From IMG/VR virus record IMGVR_UViG_3300045391_000822, positions 64,001 to 128,000 of that record: a DNA stretch of 64,000 bases; one strand, given 5' to 3'. Numbering within the stretch: position 1 is the first letter of the stretch; every line of letters begins with the position of its first letter. Under the pieces are notes generated by a model that saw nothing but the letters and a program-made list of their open reading frames with translations, was not told the origin of the DNA and did not search any database. This DNA is from a virus. This document shows, one piece after another, positions 1-8,136 of this stretch. The position numbers and the translations under genes were made by a program.

Positions 1-1181
1 GGATCAGAATGGCCACCGTTGATTAGAACGTTAACACCATACAGTTCTTTGTTAGAGAACACCGACCAGGCATTAGCGATGTCGAATGACGTAGGTGCAG
101 TACCGGAATCACCGCCGTCCATAGCCTTCTGCGCAACTGAGTCGATAGTGATAGTATCAGGCGCAGGCAACGCAGGTACGTTCGATTTAACCTGGATGTA
201 ATTTGAGAACGGGTTAATACGTTCTTCCAACTCGGTGGCAACACCGTTGTCGTCGGTAGCATCTTGCAGCGTGCAGGTGAATTGCTCCACCGGGAAATTC
301 GCGCTCTGCGTCAGATCAAAAACGTTAACGATGAAGTCCAGAACCGGTGCTGGCAAATCAGCAGGATCGGTGATTGGCAGACGCGTAGCGTTAGGTACAA
401 CACCGCCAGTATCAACAAACGTTACCGTCGATTGATTGGTCTGACCAACTTGCGTGATGAAGCCATAACCGGAACCTGTTATTCGACCGTAGACAGCGTA
501 GCCAATGGCTTGCGGATCTTGAGGCCACGTTAAGGTGATCGTGTTAGGCGTACCCGTGCCAGAGGCAATCACGATGGTCGACGTAGGCGACGGCATAGTT
601 TCGCCATTCGGCCCGATCGAGGCGACTTGATAGTTGTAGGTACCAGCAGCGAGAGTACCAGTATTGGTAACTGATGAAGCAGTACTCAACGAAGCAGGTG
701 CCAACAGGTTTTGACTAGTGATCGAAATAGCCAAGTTGTCTGCGTAACTACCAGGACCCTTGTTTCCGTAGAATAGCGCAATCGGAACATCAGTACCACC
801 AGGAACCAACGAATCAAAATCAGGTTGGGTTGGATCCGCAACACCAGCCGACGTAGGATTCAGGTGCGTAACGCCATTAACGTCTGCGTAGAGGCAAACG
901 CCAGAATAAAGAGCACCAGGGCCGACCACTCGGAGGGCCCACATATCATTGCCTTCTCGGAAGAAATCGAGACCGCAATAAACATCGAAAGACACAGCAG
1001 CATTAGGTATGCCGTAGTGCCCCATGTAGTCCTGCGCGTTTGTCCAACGACGTGGGTCAGTACTACCTTGAGTACTGACAATAACCTGTGCAGCAGTTGA
1101 CGAACTGTTGGAGGTTACTACCTGAGACAGATCAATTTCGTTGATGCGAACGTCGGAGGCGCGTGGGGTGTAGATAGCCAT
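1..1181 (-). CDS. Tail sheath protein (N-terminal part; runs off the left edge)
   Basis: Not in the ORF track because no stop is in the window. Read manually from ATG at 1181: MAIYTPRASDVRINEIDLSQVV...FFREGNDMWALRVV...MDGGDSG...WSVFSNKELYGVNVLINGG, typical contractile sheath motifs. GGAG SD upstream. Confidence 0.85.
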   Translation of the reverse strand, partial: MAIYTPRASDVRINEIDLSQVVTSNSSSTAAQVIVSTQGSTDPRRWTNAQDYMGHYGIPNAAVSFDVYCGLDFFREGNDMWALRVVGPGALYSGVCLYADVNGVTHLNPTSAGVADPTQPDFDSLVPGGTDVPIALFYGNKGPGSYADNLAISITSQNLLAPASLSTASSVTNTGTLAAGTYNYQVASIGPNGETMPSPTSTIVIASGTGTPNTITLTWPQDPQAIGYAVYGRITGSGYGFITQVGQTNQSTVTFVDTGGVVPNATRLPITDPADLPAPVLDFIVNVFDLTQSANFPVEQFTCTLQDATDDNGVATELEERINPFSNYIQVKSNVPALPAPDTITIDSVAQKAMDGGDSGTAPTSFDIANAWSVFSNKELYGVNVLINGGHSD

Positions 1182-1183
1182 GC

Positions 1184-1465
1184 TTATTCTCCTTGCTTGC
1201 CGGCGTCAGCGTCCTTAACCTGAACTGCAACCTCAGGATTAGCTGGGGCTGCTTCAGGTACAGGCGCAGGATTTTGCTTGGCAGGAGGCGGGTTATCGAA
1301 GATCTTGAGAACGCGGGGGTTCAGCGCAATCCAATTGGGGCACACCACTTGGCCTTGAGCCAAATCGATACGCGACCGAGGCATAATGCGTACTGAAGTT
1401 TTGCGCCCGTCAGGAAGATTAACCGCGACCTGCTGCGCAATGGTAGACAGGTTCACTACTTTCAT
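1184..1465 (-). CDS. Hypothetical virion-module protein
   Basis: 93-aa ORF packed between the tail-completion and sheath genes; ATGA overlap with the upstream gene. Confidence 0.7.
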   Translation of the reverse strand: MKVVNLSTIAQQVAVNLPDGRKTSVRIMPRSRIDLAQGQVVCPNWIALNPRVLKIFDNPPPAKQNPAPVPEAAPANPEVAVQVKDADAGKQGE

Positions 1466-2145
1466 TTTGAGCTCCTTGGGAATTGCCAGAACTGGGGTGT
1501 AGGCGCCGGCTTCTTATCACTTGGTGGTGGACTATCGACCTGAGTGTTGGTATGTATTTCATTCACTATACCTTGCGTACCTAGCATAGGCTCACTAACA
1601 TAACCATGAAAGGTACATACTCCAGGGATCACATAGTGTGATTGAGACTCTACCAGGTTATTGCGATCTGGTAAGGTAACACTCTCGTCCATCGTGACAC
1701 CAACGCTAAGAGCCAGCCGTCCGTAGTCTACATTAAATTTGAGCATCCCGAGCCGACGGGCGAACAACCAGCGACGTGCAAAAGCAACCGCGGACTTCTC
1801 GTGATGCAGATCAAACTGATCTGTGTAGTATTCAACATCCACAGTCAAGTTTGCAGGCAGGACACGTACTGTATACGCCTGTTGTTGATCATCAGCGATG
1901 ATTGCTTGAAGACCACGACGTCCCATCATGTTAGTTGAATAGCTATCCGTATTCGGTGAAAGACTAGCTATACGAAGAAACATGTAGGGATACTTCAAAC
2001 TCCTACCACCCAATATCGTTTCTAGTGCGCGTGCCTTCTCGTAAGCGTTCACTATCTTGGTCAGGCAACCAAACGTCTCGTAGAAGCGTTGTTCGATTCC
2101 CTCGAGTACATGGTCCTCGATAGGACGTATTGCATTGACGGCCAT
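1462..2145 (-). CDS. Putative tail-completion/terminator protein
   Basis: 227 aa with a YPYMFLRI motif and beta-rich C-half; lies just upstream of the sheath gene. Function inferred from position. Confidence 0.55.
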   Translation of the reverse strand: MAVNAIRPIEDHVLEGIEQRFYETFGCLTKIVNAYEKARALETILGGRSLKYPYMFLRIASLSPNTDSYSTNMMGRRGLQAIIADDQQQAYTVRVLPANLTVDVEYYTDQFDLHHEKSAVAFARRWLFARRLGMLKFNVDYGRLALSVGVTMDESVTLPDRNNLVESQSHYVIPGVCTFHGYVSEPMLGTQGIVNEIHTNTQVDSPPPSDKKPAPTPQFWQFPRSSK

Positions 2146-2166
2146 GATGAAATCCTACGGGAAATG

Positions 2167-2216
2167 AAAAAGGCCCGAGCGGCACCAAGTGTTCCTGGTA
2201 ACCAGCTCGGGCCTTT
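2167..2216 (-). terminator. Intrinsic terminator
   Basis: AAAGGCCCGAGC...GCTCGGGCCTTT inverted repeat with a T run on the minus strand, downstream of 2236..2748. Confidence 0.65.
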
Positions 2217-2235
2217 GGGGCACTGCACGGGGCGC

Positions 2236-2748
2236 TTACTTCTTGGCAGGAGCGGCCTTCTTGGCGTTGCTCGAGAACTTCGCCAGCACCGCTGCAAACG
2301 CAGCAGCTTGGGTACGAGCATTAACCGGTTTGGCTGAAGCTTCTTCAACTTCATCCTCGGCGTCTTCTACCTCGTCTTCAGCATCTTCAACGTCGTCTTC
2401 CGCGTCGTCGATGTCCTCGTCAGCATCTTCTGCAAACGGGTTGCCGTCTTCTGAAGCAGCAAGCTTCTTCAGAACAGCCAGCGTAGCGTCGTCGGTCTTC
2501 TCAAAAGATTCCGATGCCTTCACCTTAGCTTTAGAAGCTTGGGTTTTAGCAGGAGCTTTCTTCGTAGTCGTCTTCGACGCTTCGGTCTTGAGGGCGTGTT
2601 CGTTGGTCGCCTGGATCATGCGCATTGCCTTGTCCGCAGAGCTGTCTTTAACAGCACCCATGAACAGGACACCGGCGTTGACCAGGTTACCCTTTTTGGA
2701 TTCCTGAATCGCGAGAGCGACCAGATCCAGCGAGAGATTGTAGGCCAT
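2236..2748 (-). CDS. Acidic/Lys-rich head-associated protein
   Basis: 170 aa with EDAEDEV repeats, directly downstream of the major capsid gene; several xxAS sites. Confidence 0.7.
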   Translation of the reverse strand: MAYNLSLDLVALAIQESKKGNLVNAGVLFMGAVKDSSADKAMRMIQATNEHALKTEASKTTTKKAPAKTQASKAKVKASESFEKTDDATLAVLKKLAASEDGNPFAEDADEDIDDAEDDVEDAEDEVEDAEDEVEEASAKPVNARTQAAAFAAVLAKFSSNAKKAAPAKK

Positions 2749-2776
2749 ATCGATTCCTTTGTGGTTAGTTGCAAGG

Positions 2777-2803
2777 TTGGGGCTAGTTGCTACTAGCCCC
2801 CAA
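2777..2803 (-). terminator. Hairpin downstream of the major capsid gene
   Basis: GGGGCTAGT-TGCT-ACTAGCCCC inverted repeat. Confidence 0.5.
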
Positions 2804-2811
2804 GCGCCTTA

Positions 2812-3894
2812 TTAGGTACGCAGACCCTTGGCAACAGCACGCGAGTTAGCGATCGCCAGCGCGAACGTTTCGTACACAACCCAGCCACGACCTGGGATCT
2901 TCTCGACGCTGATATCGATAGGTTGCGATTGCAGACCACCACGATCCGAGTAAGCACCGAAGTTCAGCGCGTCGGCCATGACGAAGAATTCGCCTTGGTT
3001 CAGCACCTTGTGTTCTGGGTGACGATAAGCGTCCGACACAACGGTCATACCGTACAGCACGCCGATTTCACCGGTCAACAGTAGTTCATGACGAGCGACA
3101 GGATCCATCGCGGTGTAGAACTCTTGGTTACCGATAACGTCCTGCATCAGGTCCGACGCGATCAGCACGTAAGGGGTCTTCAGGCCCCAACGGTTGACGT
3201 TGGTCATCACTTGAGCCAGCGTGTAAGGCGTCAGCTGGCCGCTGATGATCTGGAGGTTGTTGTCAAGACCAACCACCTGGTTCATCAGGTTGTACATCAG
3301 ACGGTCTTCTGAAACCATAACGGCTTCAGTCGCTTCGACGAACTTTTCTTCCAGAATGTCACCAGCGGACTGGTTGATTTCATTCTGGGTGATGAAAGGA
3401 CGTGCAACGATCTGCAGTTCCGGAGGAGTCAGCCACTTGTCGCGGGTGATCTGCGAATCGATCTTGGTGGGGCTAGTGCTCCACACCGCAGTCACGTTCT
3501 TCAGGCGAACTGGGAAGCGAGGAATGCTGCCTTGCTCCACAGTGTTCTTCGCCAGGAACTTACGCGTGAAACCTTGACGGTTGCAGGTAATATACAGCGA
3601 CTCAGCAATCTTTTCACCCAGCACGCGGTGTGCTTTGGGATCGTTGAAAGCAGCCTTGACCAGTTCCTTGTGAGTCTTTTGGAGATTCTCACGTTCATTG
3701 GCCTGGGAAGCGGTCAGGATAGTACCAGCTGACGAAGCAGCGGTAAACGCCATCACGCGATTGAACAAATCCTTGCGACTATTGGCGTTCAGTTCGCCAT
3801 TGGCGCCGACGGCACGCTCGCTGGAGCCGTGAAACTTGAATTCACTAGCAACGACAGGCTGCTTCGAGCCGTGAACTTTGATTTTGGTAGCCAT
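2812..3894 (-). CDS. Major capsid protein (HK97 fold)
   Basis: 360 aa with strong codon bias; follows protease-scaffold-decoration genes; HK97-like elements (EATEAVMVSEDRLM, TGEIGVLYGMTVVSD, C-terminal IANSRAVAKG). Confidence 0.85.
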   Translation of the reverse strand: MATKIKVHGSKQPVVASEFKFHGSSERAVGANGELNANSRKDLFNRVMAFTAASSAGTILTASQANERENLQKTHKELVKAAFNDPKAHRVLGEKIAESLYITCNRQGFTRKFLAKNTVEQGSIPRFPVRLKNVTAVWSTSPTKIDSQITRDKWLTPPELQIVARPFITQNEINQSAGDILEEKFVEATEAVMVSEDRLMYNLMNQVVGLDNNLQIISGQLTPYTLAQVMTNVNRWGLKTPYVLIASDLMQDVIGNQEFYTAMDPVARHELLLTGEIGVLYGMTVVSDAYRHPEHKVLNQGEFFVMADALNFGAYSDRGGLQSQPIDISVEKIPGRGWVVYETFALAIANSRAVAKGLRT

Positions 3895-3940
3895 TTAAGC
3901 TCTCCTGTTGATCTCAGTTGGGTTATGGAGTGGCTACGCT

Positions 3941-4624
3941 TTAGGGCGCGCTGAACTCGATGCCCAGGAAGGGGTATTCGACCGACGGGATCGCAACGAT
4001 CACGGCACTCGTAAGCTGAGTGCCAGCAGTCAGCGATTGGTCGGACAATTGACCATTAGCGCCCAGACGGATTTGGGTGGCAGCACGCCAGTTCTTCGAA
4101 GCATCGAATTGGCTGGTGTAGATAACGCCGCGCTTAGCAACGCCGATCTGGCCAACGTAAGCACCTGAGTAACCACCAGGTTGCACGTTACCTTGACGGC
4201 TAACCTGATCGATAAACGTTTCAGCGTACTTGTACGTAACGGTAACAGTGTTACCAGCAGTCAGGCCGCTGATTTGGTTGCCAGCAACAGTAGGGCTAGC
4301 AACAATCGCGCCGGCGGTGTCGTCGAACACGCTAACTTGACCAGCCATCGGGGTACGGCCCAGCGTAATGGTGCCAGTACCAGGCACCAGGAACGTTTCG
4401 ACCTTGTTGCTGAAAGCTTCGGGGAACGGAGCAGCCGACGTACCAGCAACGCTGAAACCGACGAACAATTCGTTGGTAGCAGAGCCAGTCGAAGGTTGAA
4501 CACCAGCAGCTTGGGCCGAAGGAACACGGATCAGAGCCATGCCTTCAGCATTGATAACAGCACCTGGCGCAACGACAGCTTCGGCGCTGTCGGTGAATTT
4601 GCTCAGAGGGAACGAGATAGACAT
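3941..4624 (-). CDS. Putative capsid decoration/cement protein
   Basis: 227-aa Gly/Thr/Ala-rich beta protein between scaffold and major capsid genes. Confidence 0.6.
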   Translation of the reverse strand: MSISFPLSKFTDSAEAVVAPGAVINAEGMALIRVPSAQAAGVQPSTGSATNELFVGFSVAGTSAAPFPEAFSNKVETFLVPGTGTITLGRTPMAGQVSVFDDTAGAIVASPTVAGNQISGLTAGNTVTVTYKYAETFIDQVSRQGNVQPGGYSGAYVGQIGVAKRGVIYTSQFDASKNWRAATQIRLGANGQLSDQSLTAGTQLTSAVIVAIPSVEYPFLGIEFSAP

Positions 4625-4680
4625 GAGTTTCTCCTGATTGTAGAGGAGGTAGGATTGGAAACCTCCCCTACCTATCTAAA

Positions 4681-4689
4681 TTAAAATTG
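4681..4689 (-). promoter_or_regulatory. Putative late promoter motif (CAATTTTAA)
   Basis: Copy of the recurring CAATTTTA motif about 57 nt upstream of the 4624 start. Confidence 0.6.
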
Positions 4690-4703
4690 TAGACTGCGAA
4701 CTT

Positions 4704-6284
4704 TTACAGGCCGAAACTGAGCGGTGCGTCACCGTTCAGAACAGCGCGAGCCGTAACCGAAGTACCGGTTTGTTTCGGCGTAAGCAGGGCGCCCTTGTAT
4801 TGGCGACCAGCAGATGCCAGCGCAGCAGTCACAGAAGTGGAATCAATTTCTTCCGCTTCGAATTCCGCGTCGTCAGCACCGAGGCTATCAAAACCCTCGT
4901 CAGTGGCATCAACGAAATCGGCATCACCTTCGCCAAGATCTTCGACGTCAGCTTCTTCCGGACCTTCCGGGTTGGTCATATCCAACATCGAAGCGACAGC
5001 ATTACGAGCCGCTTCAGGTTGCACCGCAAGACGTTGCGCCAACGTAACCACTTGCTGAGCGTATTCCACACCATGCTTAGCGAACACGGAACGAACGATC
5101 TTAGGAGCACCCGAAACACCCAGGGCCGTCAGCGCGTTTTCCATGCCTGCACGCAGAGCGTTAGGAGTATCGGACCACAGATTACGGTTGTGACCGACAG
5201 CAGCCAGCGCCATGCAGTGTTCCATCGAGTTGTCCTTCTGCGAGAAGGTACGACGAACAGCAGCAGTAGCAGCCTTAACCTTGGCTTCAACGCGCTTGTT
5301 GGTAACGCTTGCCTTAGCGAAGTTCACGGTTTCGAGTTTGAAACCCATGTTCTTCAGGCCAGCACGCAGACCATAGCGTTTGCATTCGGCTTCGACGGTA
5401 TCCTGGAATTCGTCGGAGTGCATTTCGTCTTCCACGCCTGCTTTCACTGCGCTCTTACGAGTCAGTTTGGCAATAACGCGGTCGTTCTTCAGCACAAGCA
5501 CCTTAGCTTTCAACGAAGCGAAAGCCATGTCTTCGACGTCATCGTCAGCAACTTCGTCAACATCAACGAGGTTCATCGTATCGACGTCGTCAGCTTCGCC
5601 AAGATCTTCACCAACGGCGTCTTCTTCGCCTAGGTCTTCCATCGAATCCGTCAGGTCGTCGCCTTCTTCGACTGGCGGTTCCGCATCCCACTGTTCTTCC
5701 ATTTCGTCAGCTTCCAGCATGTTGGCAGGAGCGTTCGGAACGTCTAAATCAGCGTCAGAAGCTTCAACGTCTTCTTCGTCGCCGTCTTCCCATTCAGCTT
5801 CGTCGTCTTCGTCGATGTCTTCGGCACCTGAATTGACTTCGTCCAGGACGTCGTCAGCTTCTTTGGCGGTGTCTTCGTCAGCGTCATCTTCTTCCGAAGC
5901 TTCTAGGTCGTAACCCTCAGTCGGATCAATGTCGTTGTCCAGCGTGGAGATGTTGTGGCTGTCATTCGGCAGGCAATCATCTTCAGCAGCCTTCACCTTG
6001 GCCTTCTTGGCGGAAGCTTGTTGCTTCGCGCCAGCGGGCTGATTGGTAGTAGGCTTAATGCCATCAGGAGATTTCTGTGCCTTGCCGCCTTCGATTTCCG
6101 AATGCAGGTTCACAGGATCGATGTCGTCTGGATCGATCAAACGCTCTGACGAAAAGTTGTTGTTGATACCCGCGTCACTCTTCAGTTCGGGTTTGGTGGT
6201 TTCATTCGGAAAATGCAAAGAACTGCCAGGGCCCTCGGCCGCGACGACCTTGGTACCGGCGGAGGTTGGTTTGCGGATGGCCAT
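4704..6284 (-). CDS. Putative prohead scaffold/core protein
   Basis: 526 aa, highly acidic with a helical core, between protease and capsid genes. Confidence 0.65.
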   Translation of the reverse strand: MAIRKPTSAGTKVVAAEGPGSSLHFPNETTKPELKSDAGINNNFSSERLIDPDDIDPVNLHSEIEGGKAQKSPDGIKPTTNQPAGAKQQASAKKAKVKAAEDDCLPNDSHNISTLDNDIDPTEGYDLEASEEDDADEDTAKEADDVLDEVNSGAEDIDEDDEAEWEDGDEEDVEASDADLDVPNAPANMLEADEMEEQWDAEPPVEEGDDLTDSMEDLGEEDAVGEDLGEADDVDTMNLVDVDEVADDDVEDMAFASLKAKVLVLKNDRVIAKLTRKSAVKAGVEDEMHSDEFQDTVEAECKRYGLRAGLKNMGFKLETVNFAKASVTNKRVEAKVKAATAAVRRTFSQKDNSMEHCMALAAVGHNRNLWSDTPNALRAGMENALTALGVSGAPKIVRSVFAKHGVEYAQQVVTLAQRLAVQPEAARNAVASMLDMTNPEGPEEADVEDLGEGDADFVDATDEGFDSLGADDAEFEAEEIDSTSVTAALASAGRQYKGALLTPKQTGTSVTARAVLNGDAPLSFGL

Positions 6285-6327
6285 TTGGTACGCTCCTAAA
6301 GATTTTTGTTGGGCCAGGCCCTACGTT

Positions 6328-6336
6328 GTAAAATTG
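6328..6336 (-). promoter_or_regulatory. Putative late promoter motif (CAATTTTAC)
   Basis: Intergenic, 44 nt upstream of the scaffold start. Confidence 0.65.
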
Positions 6337-6352
6337 CGGTATGCGCGCCGTA

Positions 6353-7132
6353 TCATTCCAGCGATGGTAGGAAATGATCCGACAATGCAGGTGCCCACGC
6401 AGGGTCTTTGACGATCGATACTTCGATCGGGCTTAAATCATGAGCGTTACGGAAAACCAAATGACGTTGACCGTCCCAATCACCAGTTTCGTAGAAATCG
6501 ATACTGTTGCCAGGATTAAGGTGATGACAATGGTTGTACCGATCCATCTTCGATCCACAGAAACTGCAGGTAAAGTAATCGGCCATCGCGCCCATGGAAT
6601 AGGTATTGATTTCCTTTCGGATAACCTGTTGAGCGATTTCAGGATACTTGTTCTTGTCGATAGCGAAGAGACCCATAACCTTCCACATCTTGCCACCGCC
6701 GTAACCGACGATTTTATGGAGGGAGGCATCAAGGACAACACCGTAAGCTTTGGTACAATCTTCGTTATCGTGTTCCAGGTGCATCGGACAACCCGACCAG
6801 CACTTGTAAACCATACGATTTGCAGGAGGCGGAGGGAATTTCTTCAACTCAGCTAACGGGAAGGCAACACCGTTGCGGTTAGGCAAATCTGCCGGGCAGA
6901 TAGGACTAACCACTAAGGCGTAGTCTTCGATATTGGGACTGATCTCGTATGTCTTGGCTGCAAAAGGCAACCACGTCTCATAATCGAGACGTGATGGTGT
7001 AGGATCTACGAAATCAGGATCTTGGTTGTAGTGAGGACGAAATTCGCGTACCGCTTCACGACCTTCCGGAGTGTCTGCATCAAAAGCGTATTCTGCTTTC
7101 GTATCAGCAAGCGCGGTTATTTTGTAGGACAT
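6353..7132 (-). CDS. Prohead maturation serine protease (HK97/assemblin clan SH-like) with Cys/His Zn-binding insert
   Basis: NRNGVAFP, PMHLEHD (His), YSMGA (Ser), CSFC...CHH and EVSIVKDPA motifs; upstream of scaffold and capsid genes. Confidence 0.7.
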   Translation of the reverse strand: MSYKITALADTKAEYAFDADTPEGREAVREFRPHYNQDPDFVDPTPSRLDYETWLPFAAKTYEISPNIEDYALVVSPICPADLPNRNGVAFPLAELKKFPPPPANRMVYKCWSGCPMHLEHDNEDCTKAYGVVLDASLHKIVGYGGGKMWKVMGLFAIDKNKYPEIAQQVIRKEINTYSMGAMADYFTCSFCGSKMDRYNHCHHLNPGNSIDFYETGDWDGQRHLVFRNAHDLSPIEVSIVKDPAWAPALSDHFLPSLE

Positions 7133-7141
7133 AGCAACTCC

Positions 7142-7531
7142 TTAACGCGCCATAATACAGATCACCGTATCAGCGGTAAACGTGATTTTCATACCAGTGA
7201 AAGGCAGATTGCCGTTCAACGCTGTAATGGTGTCAGCCGGAAGAGATTGTGAACTTCCCCAGGTTGCCGATTCTGCTACAGCAGGATCACCATTGGTTAC
7301 CAAATTTTCCTCGCTCAAGGTATACTCTATGGTAACTGCGGCATTGGATTGGGCAACGACTGCAATCTGGTAGGTGTTGGATACCAATTGTGAAATGCCT
7401 ACGTAACCCACTTCACCAGAAGCACCAGTAAGGGTAATCCACGAACCGAACTGAGACCCACGACTAGAAATACCGACGCCTTGCGTTTGCGCTCCTTTCC
7501 ATCCAGGACCGCGATTGCCAAAAATCTTCAT
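7142..7531 (-). CDS. Hypothetical beta-rich virion protein
   Basis: 129 aa with GGAG SD, inside the head module. Confidence 0.65.
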   Translation of the reverse strand: MKIFGNRGPGWKGAQTQGVGISSRGSQFGSWITLTGASGEVGYVGISQLVSNTYQIAVVAQSNAAVTIEYTLSEENLVTNGDPAVAESATWGSSQSLPADTITALNGNLPFTGMKITFTADTVICIMAR

Positions 7532-7546
7532 ATCATTCTCCTGGCT

Positions 7547-8062
7547 TCAGCAAAGGCTATCGCCGTAGATACATGGTTGGTAACAGATGCTGAAATCTAC
7601 CAGCGATACCAATTTATTGGATCGTGCAATGAAGTCGTTGACCTCAGTGGTAGATGGAGTTCCAGTAAAGCAACCCAGAGTAGCGTGAGGCTTATACTCA
7701 GGGAAAGAGTGGGAGAGTCCATAGGACTTCAACTCCTCATGAAGTTGTTGAAGACCAGGGCTTTCGATACAGGCTACTACGATGGTCCGATCTTTGTGAT
7801 CTACCCAGGCCTCCAGTCCACAGACTTCGCCAACAATCTCTCGATCGATTAGGTTGAAGTTTGCAGGCATGGGTCCTGTATGGTAGAGCACAGTTGTGTG
7901 GAGTTCTGTTGAGTTATCCCACTTGAAGTTATGAGGTTTGCGCAATACCTTACGCATCGCCGAAAACTTCAGAAGGCTCAACTCATCAAAATCCACCCAA
8001 ACATAAAGGCCACTATCGAAAGACTTGATCACGTTATAAGATACCTTGGCAGTGATCTTCAT
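7547..8062 (-). CDS. acb1: 2H phosphodiesterase, Acb1/T4 57B-like anti-CBASS protein
   Basis: Two HxT motifs (LHTTVLY, PHATLG). SFDSGLYVWVDFDELS and LEAW...GLSHSFPEYKPHATL parallel T4 57B as I recall it (STGLYVAAKFSELT, LEVW...GATHDFDDYTPHITL). Confidence 0.8.
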   Translation of the reverse strand: MKITAKVSYNVIKSFDSGLYVWVDFDELSLLKFSAMRKVLRKPHNFKWDNSTELHTTVLYHTGPMPANFNLIDREIVGEVCGLEAWVDHKDRTIVVACIESPGLQQLHEELKSYGLSHSFPEYKPHATLGCFTGTPSTTEVNDFIARSNKLVSLVDFSICYQPCIYGDSLC

Positions 8063-8102
8063 AGTATCTCGCTCAGCTTAATGCTATAAAAATGCGACAA
8101 AC

Positions 8103-8130
8103 GGAGACTGGCCCTTATGAACCAGTCTCC
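8103..8130 (-). terminator. Hairpin downstream of the helicase gene
   Basis: GGAGACTGG-N10-CCAGTCTCC inverted repeat. Confidence 0.5.
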
Positions 8131-8136
8131 AATTTA

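Noticed and set aside
2330-2435. Tandem DNA repeats
   Set aside because: Degenerate codon-level repeats encoding EDAEDEV; protein low complexity, not a separate element.
4770-5913. Long plus-strand ORFs (287 aa, 177 aa) opposite the scaffold gene
   Set aside because: Antisense shadows of a biased acidic gene (Ser/Phe-rich, no SD).
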